Source: Octopus sinensis (lineage: Eukaryota). From it: a stretch of DNA of 64,000 nt. Every line of letters begins with the position of its first letter. Positions within the stretch are counted from its first letter, which is position 1. The stretch covers positions 71,796,001-71,860,000 of the forward strand of contig NC_042999.1 in NCBI RefSeq assembly GCF_006345805.1, given 5' to 3'. Below are positions 36,836 to 49,545 of the stretch, piece after piece. Position numbers and translations under genes: made by a program. A model generated the notes under the pieces. It did no database searches, was not told the origin of the DNA, and saw nothing but the letters and a program-made list of their open reading frames with translations.

Positions 36836-37930
36836 CCATTTAATCGAACAATGCAAGCATTACATCAATTTGAAATACACCGCCTTCTTCGGATGTATAA
36901 AACCATATAGGTTTTCAACATACAAAATACATCGTTATACTTTTTAGCAAATATTTCATCAGAGCTAGAGAATAACAGAATTACATGTTTGCTGCTATTA
37001 TTGAAGAATGAACCTAGGGAGAAAATACCCCAGCTATAATTTGGAGTGGTAGAAGAAAATAACAATGGGAGTCATGAGATGGTAATATAGCTACAAATTT
37101 TATCTATCGCCTTATCACTATCAGTAGATCTAATGCAGTTAGTATACTACGTCCACTAAGAATTAAAACCCCTGAGAATTGATAGTTAAGATTTAGCTGC
37201 AGATAATAAATTAATTACGTTTCTATGGCTATGAATTCACTATGACCATATAAAGAAACAAATCTCAGAAGGAGTCAGTAAGATAGTGGTAAAGAGACAG
37301 GGTAGAGGTGACATAAATTATTTTATTATTATCAATTAAAGGGGCCTAAAATAGAAAACAAAGGACGTCACAATGAGATCCAAATGGACATTAAGGGTAC
37401 AGCGGGAAAAATATAACGAAACATTTAGCAAAATTATTTTATTGTATTTTTTATAGTAAAAGTAAAATTTTAAAAATTGAGGAAGGTGTGTAAGGACCAA
37501 GTAAGAGAAGAAGGATATATAAACCAATATAAGCCCTAAAAGGTAGAGTACTTTTATATGAAATAGAAGCTTCATAATACGTTATCCTAGCAAAATTTGA
37601 GGTGGTCATGATAAAACCATTCAAGCAATGAACCCAAATTACATTCAGATTTTATCCGAGAAAGAGGGCCGCATTTTCTATTGAAGGGTTAAAGGCAAAG
37701 AAGTGAGATAATTGGTTCTATAACACATACTTATTTAAAAAATATAATTATATAAAAAATTCCAACATTATAAAAAAAAATCTTAAGGAATGAAAGGATA
37801 TAAGAAAGGTATAATGGAGTTCCCTGTATGTTGAAAACCTATAGGGTCATATGCATCCGAAGAAGGCGGTGTGTTTCAAATTAATGTAATGCTGCATTGT
37901 TCTATTAAATGGAACCGCCTGAAACGGCAG
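36836..37930. mobile_element. Unclassified element with ~88-bp imperfect inverted repeats
   Basis: 36836-36924 versus 37825-37912. The shared core is tttgaaa(t/c)acaccgccttcttcggatg...taggttttcaacataca. Confidence 0.6.
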
Positions 37931-37949
37931 TTCCATTCTGACTTACTTG

Positions 37950-38058
<109 letters not shown>

Positions 38059-38144
38059 GAAAGTGTGTGAGAAAGAGAGGGATTAGATTTTTCGATAGAT
38101 AGATAAAAATATACCTGCAAATGAACCTGAATCTCTCTCTCTCA

Positions 38145-38188
<44 letters not shown>

Positions 38189-39399
38189 CGTATGGTCTGT
38201 ATTTCATAACTAGTAACAATACCAATACAGTACTATTCTAATTTAACTGCACACAGAAGATTTATATACATATAAATGTGTGTGCGCGTGTGTGTGTGTT
38301 CGTGTGTGTGTATGCATATACGACAGTAATACACTATATCTGTCATATACAGGCTGAATATTAAATGTAAGTGATATTTCTGCCGTGAACCCCTGATGTA
38401 CGAGTTGAAATACGAAACATCAAATTCATATATTTTTGAATGCATTCACTCGTACCTACTTATATCATCTAATTATATCTAGATAGATTCAACTATGATG
38501 GTAATATTGACTCTTCATCCAGTAGGCCAGCAACCAAATTGACTACAGAAGAGACCAAATAAGAAAATAAAAACACGCACTCACTCATATTTACATGAAG
38601 CAAAAATACAGAAAACACACAATAATGCACACACAGGCACTCACAAACAGACACACAAACACACACATATATATGATTTAATAGAAAATGTGCAGCAAAC
38701 TATAATGACCAAGTTGTTAACATTTCTGTTTTTACTTCCTTCCTAGAATGAAATTAGATATTATTTTAATCTCTAGTATTTATTGCTTTCAATTCCGTAC
38801 TTTTTTTATCTGTGTTCTTTCCTCTAGCCGTCTGCTCAAAATATTATTTTTTTAATCTCCAGAGTATGTTCTTCTAAAATTAATTATTTTGAACCATCCA
38901 CTTGAAGCTACGCCAGCCTTCCTCTCTACGTTACAGAAAAAAAATTATGTTCTATTTTGCAGTAAGAAGGGATATTTTTTCTAGTGGGACAATAATGTTA
39001 TATTCAAGAGAAGCAATTTTCAGTATAATGCTGCTACTCAATTTATTAAACTATGAAGGGTGGGAGGCAAGAATAGGAAGCAAGGTTACTTCCCATCCCA
39101 CGCAGGATTATTTAGGAGGTGACGTCGCTAAATACCGTAGGGTCTTTATCTTGAACTCTAAGGATAAGACTACGCCTAACATCAATTCGTAGTATAAGTA
39201 CGAACAAGGAATGTATTTGTGTTTCTTAAAGATCAGGGTAGATCGATCTCATTAATTGACTGGTACATATATTATCGACCCTGGAAAGAAGAAAACGCGA
39301 AAATGCAGAATGTAAATATATTTATACTAGTTACTATAACGATTCTGCTTTTTTTTCAAAAATTAATAATGCTCCTATCTGTTATAGGCACAAGGCTTG

Positions 39400-39612
39400 A
39401 GATTTTGAGATAGGCAACTAGTCGATCACATCAACCAACAATACATGATTGATACTTATTTTATCGACCACGAAAAGACGAAATGAAAGTCGACCACGAA
39501 AAGACGAAATGAAAGTCGACCACGGCGGAATTTTAGACTTAAAATATATATAGACAAAAGAAATACTGCTAAGCATTTTGCCCGGTGTGCTAACGATTTT
39601 GCCAGCTGATCG
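39400..39612 (-). mobile_element. tRNA-derived SINE (family A) with an internal ~28-bp duplication
   Basis: tcgaccacgaaaagacgaaatgaaag is repeated, and the body is shared with other family A copies. Confidence 0.65.
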
Positions 39613-39614
39613 CT

Positions 39615-39695
39615 TAAATAATAATAATAATGATAATAATAATACTAATAATAATAATAGTAGTAGTAGTAGTAGTAGTAGCAGCAGCAGCAGTA

Positions 39696-39749
<54 letters not shown>

Positions 39750-39750
39750 T
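39615..39750. repeat. (AAT)n/(AGT)n/(AGC)n compound microsatellite
   Basis: Direct reading. Confidence 0.95.
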
Positions 39751-40045
39751 ACTTAAGTACGAAGTAACCTAGCTATGGAAATGAAGAAGGTGAACGTAGT
39801 GCCAATTATTGTTAGGTCATTGGGAATAGTATCAGAAGGCACCAAGAAGAATATAAAGGAAATTGGAATAGAGTGCCCAGTAGAACTGTTACAAAACATT
39901 TGCCTCCTTGGCACAGCCAGAATAATCAGAAAAGTATTAGATCGCAGAAAAGAATGGAAACCATGGTTTCCGTAGGCTGTAGGTAGTAAGCCCACTACGC
40001 ATGCAAGACTTCAGGAGATCCAACAAAAGCTGTGATAAAGAGAAA
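39750..40045 (+). mobile_element. 5'-truncated R4/Dong-like RLE LINE 3' end
   Basis: LKYEVT*LWKMKKVNVVPIIVRSLGIVS...LLQNICLLGTARIIRKVLD, with (TAA)n upstream and TAA-rich sequence downstream. Confidence 0.8.
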
Positions 40046-40079
40046 ATAACAATACTAATAATGACAATGGTTTCAAATT

Positions 40080-40270
40080 TTGACACGAGGCCAGCATTTT
40101 AGGGGAGATAATAAGATGATAACTTCGACCCTAGTACTCAACTGATACTTATTTCATCGAGCCCAAAAAGGAGAAAGTCGAATTCCACTTCTGCGGAATT
40201 TCAACTCAGAACGTAAATACGGACGAAATGCCGCTAAGCCTTTTTGCCCGACGTGCTAACGATTCTGCCA
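40080..40270 (-). mobile_element. tRNA-derived SINE (family A)
   Basis: gcggaatttcaactcagaacgtaaatacggacgaaatgccgctaagc...gtgctaacgattctgcca. Confidence 0.7.
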
Positions 40271-40470
40271 TAATAATAATGATAATAATTATAATGATGA
40301 TGATAATAATAATGATAAGAAGAAGAAGAAGGAGAAGGAGAAGAAGAAGAAGAAGAAGAAGAAGAAAAGAAGAAGAAGAAGAAGAAGAAGAAGAAGAAGA
40401 AGAAGAAGAAAAGAGAAGAAGAAGAAGAAGAAGAAGAAGAAGAAGAAGAAGAAGAAGAAGAAGAAGAAAA
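40270..40470. repeat. (AAT)n + (AAG)n microsatellite
   Basis: Direct reading. Confidence 0.95.
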
Positions 40471-40680
40471 ATGCCATAAGAGGATTCTTTACCACGACTA
40501 ATACAATCATAGCCAAGAATGCCAAGATGGCTATCAATGGGTACGGATAAATCATTACTATTCTCAAGATACGCTGGATCACAAAAAGAGAGTAGCGCTA
40601 TGATTATCAAACGACAAGGAGACAGAGGACATAATTGGGCAAAATATGGATATGAACTTATTTAGAAGCTTCTTCCAGCC
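40470..40680 (-). mobile_element. LINE APE N-terminal remnant
   Basis: AYLENSNDLSVPIDSHLGILGYDCISRGK resembles the ETWL...GY..I.R.R APE segment. Confidence 0.45.
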
Positions 40681-40685
40681 AGCCA

Positions 40686-40739
<54 letters not shown>

Positions 40740-40929
40740 ATATTCGTGTGTGTGTCTGTGTGTGTAAAGGTATTCAACATCACAGCAGTGCTAGAATACA
40801 CTGTAACAGAAAAGCTAGAATTTGACGCTGTTAAGCGTGTCTTTAAATTGAAATGGGATGAGGTAAATGGGTAAAATTATTGTAGTAGCGTTAATAATTA
40901 TAATAAAACTATATTAGTTTAAAATGTTG

Positions 40930-41120
40930 ACAAAATGCCAGCAATTTCGGGGTATGAAACAAGTCGATTACACTGACTACAATGCTCAACTGGTATTTAT
41001 TTTATCGACCCTGAAAAGATGAAATGCAAAGTCGATTTCGGTGGCATTTGAACTCAGAACGTAAAGAACAGCGAAAACATTTTGCCCGGCGTGCAAACGA
41101 TCCTGCCAGCTCGCTTCCTT
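40930..41120 (-). mobile_element. tRNA-derived SINE (family A)
   Basis: Shared body with the copies at 10330, 17065, 39400 and 40080. Confidence 0.7.
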
Positions 41121-43599
41121 AATAATAATACATTAATGGTAATTCTAATGGTGGTAGTAATATTATTAACGCTGTTAAATATATTAAGTACAATGTTTAT
41201 AGACACTATAACATCTGTTCACTGTGATACACCAGTTATTGTAATTGTACCTCTGCGCTCTCGATGGATCTGCTGAAGAACTGCTTTACGAAACTTCTAT
41301 CAACAACTTGCTAAAATACGTACATCAGTCTGTAATTCCAATCTGTTGGAGATACACAATTGAAAGTAACATAAAATTTATAAATATGTGGAATTACTCT
41401 AAACAAACTAATGTCATGCTCGAGGTTATAAACATAATCCAACTAAAGTAAATTAAAACTGCAAGAACGGCACAAAAGGAAGGGAGATAACAAATCCCAA
41501 CATTACGATACTCAATTCCGTTACTCAATTAATCAGTATCCTACAGGCTTACATCATCACAATAAACTCTGGAAGAATAAATAAGCAACTAGTTATTACA
41601 ATAAAACAAAAGTCACAAATCTACAATGGATAACTGGAAGAAAACATTAAAGTATTCTATGTAGCAATTTAAGTATGTAGCAAAATGCAGATACCAGCAT
41701 ATAATTCTTAAAGGAAAATTAGCAATTCGAACTCTGTGAGTTAAATAAACCATGTAAATGCTTCATAAAGATCTAATAAACACAACTCAAATGCTTAAAA
41801 CAAACAACTACACAATCAACTTTAAAAAGATTCATATGGTTTGATATTCGAGATGATAAATATAAGCCTAATTCCGAAAACTAAAAAAGGTAAAGAATCT
41901 AAAGGTGCAACAACAGAAATTAATAGTATACATATGGAAATCCATTTTGAAAACGATTCTAACCATCTCTTTCTTCACGTAATTACAATATTTCATTTGA
42001 GGTATTCTTTAAACAGCTTCAGAAAAACTCTTTGTCTTTGCTGTTTATATCAAACCATGGAGCCTTGAATTCCGTTCCTGATGAGAAATTCAAACCAAGT
42101 ACTTAAATCAATCCTTACTAGTAGATAGCTCCTTATCCAAAATAAAGACCAACAGATGACCTATCTCCTGTCATCCAATCAGTTGTCTGTTGGTAATTTT
42201 TCTAAAATACTATCCATAATAATAATACATATACAAAAATGGAAAAAATTATGTAAATATTTTGCAGAAGGTGGTACATACCTAAGTTCATCATTATAAT
42301 CTGCTACCAGCCCCTTGTTAATAATACGATAGTGGGGATTTTCTTATCTAGCTTTGCCAACACGAAAAGTCGTGGAAATATCAATCCCTTGTTAAAAATA
42401 GAGAAAGCGAACCTGTTATGGCCTTTGATCTGCTAAAGGATGACTTTTCATTCGGCATTTTATGACAGCTGCATCAAAGTATTGGAATTACTTTAATTTG
42501 ATTCAACCAGTGAAAAAGTGGCAGGTTGATTTAAAGCTGATTAAAGCAAAATGCCTGTAATTTCTAGCGTCACAAGAACGTTTACCAGATTATATTTCAA
42601 ACGAACAATACTTCTGGTATTTATTTCCCCATATGCCTGTAGCAATTGAGTACAAAAATATTAGGGATCACTTAAAATATATGCTGCAAACTGCCTTCAG
42701 TTTGAGAACGCTCCCAGTAGTGCCAATAAAATTTGCAGTGATAATAAAATATAGAAGCATGCAAAGAAATGACAATAAAGTGAGACGATTAGTGGAGTAA
42801 ATAATTTCGGGACTCCAGGCTGTGGATATATTCACTCTCTATAAGGAAGTGACTGATTACCACGAAGTACTTCGGCACATAATCCTTTTTGCACAAGAAC
42901 TATATATCTTTCATTTGTGCAAATATTTGTGCGGGGTGATAGCAAAATTGTATGTATAAAAAGTGCATGAATGGGTTAAGAAAATGAAACATTTTGACAA
43001 AGCCAAAAACATAAAAATCACAACACAATAGCAAATGCTAGCTGCCACCACTGTCAGCTATAACATAGGTGCTTGTGGTATTGTATCACCACACACTACA
43101 CAATAAGTCTGACACCCAATGACTGTACCTTCCTAAAAAAAGACTGTAGTGCGGGGACAATTGAGCTTTTGAAAGTCACGATATGATATAAGAAAGCAGT
43201 CATCAATGCTGCGTGCTACCTATCTAAATTTTAAGAAAGCTGATACTTGACTTGAGGTTAGTGAAAAACAAAGGACTGCGAATCGTATGCATGTGTAGCA
43301 ACAAAATGATAGCAAAACTTAGCTTAAAATTCGAATTGCAAATGTACAAAATTAAAGTGGTATCAAAACAGACATATCTATGGCACTCATGGTAAGCGAT
43401 TATGAGTACATAAATATCGATAATGTTTTCACGAATTGGATGTTCCATATATAAAGTGGATTGAAATAGAAATGGTTTTCAATGTAGAAGCTACGATAAT
43501 CGGGATACAGGAATAAACCATAATCATAGAAGCACAAATTTGCTTCGACTCGTGTAGAATGCGCCCGTCCCGACTCCTCAAAAACCGAATTGTAGTTTT

Positions 43600-45010
43600 A
43601 TTACCACGTTGCGCCTGGCCAGTCGAGCCCATCGAACGGCTTTCGTTTCCTCCTATTTTAGTGTACGCGCCTTAGATCTGAGAATGTAACCTTCATGCTC
43701 AGTGTTGAAGAATTGATTCAGAACCAGTCTCGCTGCCAGCACGTCGGTTGCTATGCCGTTACTGAGTGCCTCTTCTAATTTCCTAACTAGATCTCCCTCT
43801 ACTCAAGTCTTCTCTATCGTTAGTTCTCTGCTAAATTCTACAGTTTCTACTCTAATCGCCCGTGTTAGGACTCCCCGCCATCGGTTGTTAACGACTGCCC
43901 CTGTCAACTTTCGATAGATTAACTTGCTAAGCCGGTCTCTGAAAGCTTGACACGCCTGGAAGGACGCGTTCAGCTTCGAGTATCCAGGTCCCTGCTTATG
44001 GAGCTTATCTAGGTCAACCGTAGAGATGACAAATTTGTGGTATGTATAGTTGATGAAATAAAATTTTGGACAACCTATACTTTTCCTATCTAGTGGTCTA
44101 CAAAATACACTATCTAGATAACATCTGGATGACCCGACATTTTTGCCCATGTCAATACTGGAGTGTTCGGGAAATCCAGTCTGAACCTGTCCACCAGCTG
44201 GAAACAACTGAGCAGGTTTGCGAGCCTTGCGCACCCGCCTTTCCTATCTGTTAGCCCCACCCAATCCACTCATGCATCCGAAATGGTGTTCCAATCGCCC
44301 ACTAACACTAAAGAGCAAGATGTCTCTAGAAAATCCTTCAGGTGTCTGAAGAACTTCGGTTGTCCCGCTCCAGTCGGTGCATACACTGCGACCAGTCTAA
44401 AAGCACTGCCTTCGTTATCGTTCACGTCCAAGACCACCGACTTACCTTCCAGGTCTAGGAAGACCAACCGTATCTCGAGATCCAGGCCTTTTCTGAACAA
44501 CACTTCCCGCTTCCTATTCCCGTTCGACTAACAGATGCGAAAATCTCAAAGTAATCGAAATAGGAACCAAGGCCCGTGTAACCCCGATCCTGGTTTCACT
44601 GACGGCTATAACATCCAGACTTAGCCGCCTTAGGTCGTTGCACAAGCGCCCTTGCTTCCATGACGACCCCCGACCACAGACATTTATGCAGCCTTTAAGA
44701 AACGCCATGCTAGTTAGGGAGTAAGGAAAGGAAAAGTGAGTGTCACTTACCCTACTGGTGCTGTTTGTGGTCGAGTGGTTTTCCTACCCTGTTTATTTTG
44801 TTGGCTTCCTCTGGAAACCCCTTAAAAACAATCCGATTGCCGTTACACTGGGAGATCTAATGTTAAACGGGTAGCTCCGCTTAATATTCATAAAAGTCTC
44901 TAATATTATTGACGCCATCATTAGGCTCTCCAGTACTCTAAAATTGTTGGGACTGAAGATCACCCTCTGTGTTTCAATGTTCTCGTTTTGTGGTATGAGA
45001 GCCACTCCTC
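43600..45010 (-). mobile_element. Tx1/L1-like LINE: ORF1 end, APE and post-APE linker, frameshifted
   Basis: CINVCGRGSSWKQG...DVIAVSETR, FRLVAVYAPTG...LVGDWN, GPGYSKLNAS. Paralogous to 32261-32909. Confidence 0.85.
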
Positions 45011-45989
45011 ATAGCACTAAATTTTGCTGCTGCGCAACAATAACAATAACAATACTATCTACAGAAACAGATAAACGAATTAGATGAAATACACCTAAAT
45101 GCTATGGAATTAATTGAATAAAGAGAGCACAAACGACTTGGCTGTTATAGAAATATTAGATTGTATTATTACTTAACACTAAGCTAAATGCCAAAAATAA
45201 GTTAATAAGTATCTATCATTACTTTAGCTGTTCCAACAATAAATTATACTCTCAAGAGAACGCAAAGTGAATTAGCAAGACTAGACATGGAAATAAGGAA
45301 AGTAAAGACAGCATTCAAAATACATGTAAAAATACAAACGCAGAATAGTTATATTTACCGTGAACAGAAAGCAGTTAGAGTCTTTTGCGGCGTGAATATA
45401 ATTATAAAATATTTTACTGGAAGGCTGCAAAAATATCAAATGAAAATATAGAGAATATATTTCCAATACAAAAAAAAAAAAGAAAGAAAAACTTCAATGG
45501 AATCAATAAATAGCTCGCAAAACGCAAAGTAACGATGTGATCGAGACGAGGCAGCAACTGCAGAAAGCATTTCAGAATAAAAATAGAATTACGGAATGTC
45601 ATGCTGGTTTGTTGGAATATATATATATATATTTAAAGCCAAAAAAGAGAGAACAAATTGCAAAGGTCAGTGTTCATATTCACTCAGTATATCTCAAAGC
45701 ATCGGAATACTTCACAGTATACATAGGTGCACTCATATATACATGATTTAATATAAAAAAATATATAAATATATAAATACAAAGTTGTACTTGCGAAGTT
45801 GTATGTCCGCATTAAAATATACACATGGTGAATGTATAGCGGTAATCCAAATAGATGAGAATGTTGGTATAAAATGGTTTTAAGAAGGATCTTTAGCAGG
45901 TACCACGTCTGACGGCTGTTTCGAGAAAATATAGGTTGGTATGGACGAGTTAATTCCAACCGTAACGATCATCTACATTTCTATCATTA

Positions 45990-47200
45990 GAGTTTATCTA
46001 AAAGGATTTATAAAAGAGTTATCTTTTATTGGCTCTATATTCCTGATGCTCTATCAGCGCTAATTAGTTTGCCATTTCAGAGGTAGCTTGTCCAGCCCGG
46101 AACTATAAATGCCTGGCAATCAAGAGTCAATAAAATCTTGGAAGGCCTGTTTAACAGCATCGTTGGAATTAATTTTTTTCCTATGAAAATGTTATCCAAA
46201 TTCTGGAAGGAGTGATAGTCAGTAGGGGCAAGACCAAGTGAATATGGTGGATGATGGAGAATTTCCAACTCCGACTCTGGTAGTTTCGCCAATGTCATTT
46301 TTCCGATGTGTAGTCTGGTATTTGTCTTGAAATAAAATAGGGGTGGATCTGTTGACCAATCTAGACTGTTTTTTGTAAGTTTCTGCATCTTTTGGTCCAG
46401 TTGGCTGCAGTATACTTCGGTGGTGATTGATGAGCCAGGTTTAATGAAATCATAGTGGATCACACCTGCGCCAGACCACCAATCAAACACCATCGGCTTC
46501 TTTTGTTGAATTTTGCTTTTTGGGCAGTGTTTTGGTGATTCATTTTTGTCCACCCATTGTGGTGAACGTTTACAGTTGTATTGAATCCATTTCTCATTAT
46601 ATGTTACAATTCGATTCAAAAATTATTCATTTTTGTGACGAGAAAGTAGCATAATGCAGGCTTCCAAACCGTGCTGTTTCTGATGTTCATTGAGTTCATG
46701 TGAAACCCAATTATCCAGTTTTTTCACTTTACCGATTTGAACTAGGTGAGTCAATATTGTTTGCTTGCTAATACCAAACAACAACAATAATTCACGGACA
46801 CATTGAGATGGATCTGACTCAACGGTGGCTTTCAGTTCGTCATTATCCACCTTTGTTCCTGGCCGACCGCGTTGCTCATTTGAGAGGTCAAAGTTACCAG
46901 AACGAAATTTTGCAAACCAATTTCATGCTGTCTGCTGTGTAATAACATTAGAATGAAATACTCCATTAATATTCCCGAGCTGTCTGGGATGCTGTATTTC
47001 CAAGAAAGAACTTATATTTCAAAGCTGTACGAATTTCCGACTTATTCATCTCTAAACAAAAATAACCAAAAACGATTTATAAATACTTTATAAAGTGCAA
47101 AATGAGTTAGAATAAAGAAATAGATGTATCAGCTTTCTAACAATAAATAAAGATTGTCAAAATATAATAATGGCGCAAAATAAGTAGCTGTCAAATTTTA
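45990..47200 (-). mobile_element. Decayed mariner (DD34D) transposon
   Basis: DNDELKATVESDPSQ...GKVKKLDNWVSHEL, RIVTYNEKWIQY, and HPPYSLGLAPTDYH (YSPDL motif). Frameshifts are present, and TIRs were not confidently located. Confidence 0.9.
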
Positions 47201-47379
47201 CCATATACCTTACTACAAATTTCATACTTGACGAACTAATAAATAATGTAGGCAGCGGTTTAGTAATATGTCGCTATATATATGAACAGAGTGAGAGAGG
47301 GAGAGAGAGGGGGAGGGAGGGATGGGGGAGTAGCATTGAGCACCACTGAGACTTGAGTTAAGGTTGGATAAATTAAAAC

Positions 47380-47640
47380 AGAAGTTAAACACAATCAAAA
47401 TAATAATATCGTCTAGAAGATCGAAAAGATTATGAAAAAAAGCAAAGGATATCGAAAATAAAATAAACAGCGTATGCAGCCTGGAATTGAAAAGAGTGCC
47501 AGTAATACCTGTATCACAGCAATAGCCATGATATGGTAGAACTTGAGGGAAACTTAGAAACCAAAGCATGCAGTCTAAGCAAAGTCAAACATAATCCTGT
47601 TAGGCACAGTACGAATCCTGCGCGAGAAACTTACAATTTA
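47380..47640 (+). mobile_element. Very decayed RLE (R4-like) LINE 3' end
   Basis: LELKRVPVI and ILLGTVRILREKL remnants. Confidence 0.5.
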
Positions 47641-49249
47641 ATAACACAAGTCACACTGTGCAGTTCGTGCATAACGCGCGTTATACATAATCGACACCCG
47701 ACACTATAACACACCCAACATACCACCAACAACCCGTGTAACTCATATTCTACTCAGTTATCACCGAGTACGATAGCATGATCCATACAGAATTGGCTGG
47801 AACATTTTCTATTTAAATGCCACTCGACACTGCAATACAAACAACACAACAAAACTACCCATCAAAGCAACACGACTCACAATGCATATGATCAGACAGA
47901 TAAAGCTTCTATTGAATTACTTAATATGCTAAAAATAGGAGCGAAGTCTTCTCTTTCAACTCTCTTGTAATAACTTTAATGGCATTTTATATACAAAAAT
48001 ACGAGACTGTTCCAACTGGACGGCTATCATTATAAGTAGGAAATAAACAGCAACAAAAACAATAACAAGAACAACTGCAATGACAAATCAACAACTACAA
48101 CTGTAAATAGATGCCCTTAACGGAGCCAATTTTGCATACTGAATACTTGACATATAAAGATATAACTAACTCCGGCTTGACTATAAATCAGGCTTGACTG
48201 GGTCTGCAAATGGAACAGCATTACCAGTGCTAGAGTAGAACAGAATCTGCCATATCGAGAGATATATCAAGAATATCTACATTATTCTTGCAAAACAAAG
48301 TGTAGTGTATTTTGGAGGAAACTATCTAATTAAAAACAAACAAAAAGGAAACGTATTGTCTTAGATAATAGCAATATAACTGAACATAGAAGTTTAATAA
48401 TCAGACAAAGCACCAGAATGCATATAAAGAGCTTGAAATAATCCTGTAGTCCAAACGCAGCAATGATATATTAATAAGAAGACTAACTGCAATCACGAAT
48501 GATTATAATACACAAAAGTGAGCTGAAAAGGAATTACATTGATTGAACTAATTAAACATATTAAGGCTAATTAATTTCCTATGACGAGTTATTGCAAATA
48601 GGATTATAATCTTTTGGACCATTTATCTCCCCTTTAAAGATAATATTCTATATTTTTAATAATGTTAAAGATAATGAAGACTGTTCATTGTTTACGTCTA
48701 CATACATATTTCGATCTCTCACCCTCATCTGATGTCTTATTTGTAGATGTGTACATAGTACCAGTCTATAACTGAATAACGAAAACTATTTCTAAATTAA
48801 AGGTAATGGCGTTTATAACCACTAAGCCGTTCACGCATAAAGAATCAATATTTATATCGTCGGTCATTATATTTATCAGGTTGATAACATAGTCATACTG
48901 AGTTGATCGGCTTATATGTAAGTCTTAATCATAAATAGCTTCTTTGATTTTTTTTCTAGTTCCACTACTTTATCTACCATTTAAAGATATTTCATTTCAT
49001 AGCTGTATATAATTACCTTCCTTACTTGGGATGCGTTACACCAGTCCAAGTTTAGATATTTCTTGTTTTTCGACGTTTCTCTCTTTAATGATTTCCCCCT
49101 CTTTAACACTTTTCACAAAGGTATAGTATAGTATATAATGGATACGTCAAAAGGCATATAATAGATACATACATATTAGTACTCTGGATCAAGTACCTAA
49201 AATCCAAAGTCTAATGACGTAAGACAGAATCCAGGTAAGCCGATGAATG

Positions 49250-49545
49250 AAGCAACGTGGCTTAGTGGTTTGAGTATACCGTTCATGATCGTAAGGTCGT
49301 GAGTGCGATTCCTTAATGAAGACACTTTATTTCGCGTTGATCCAGTCCACTCAGCTGGAAAATATGAGTAGTACTTACATTTCAAAGGGTAAACTTTGTC
49401 ACATTCTGCATCACGCTGCATCTCTATTAGAACTACGTCATAGTTACGCGTGTCTGTAGAGTGCTCAGCTACTTGCACGTTAATTTCACGAGTATGATGA
49501 TCCGTTAATTAGATCAACGCTAAGTCCCGTAGCTGTAACAGACGG
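49250..49545 (+). mobile_element. tRNA-derived SINE (family D)
   Basis: A-box gtggcttagtgg, B-box-like gtgagtgcgattcc and a SINE-like body. Confidence 0.65.

Noticed and set aside
41300-43200. Possible very old LINE RT remnant on the minus strand
   Set aside because: No intact diagnostic motif could be read.
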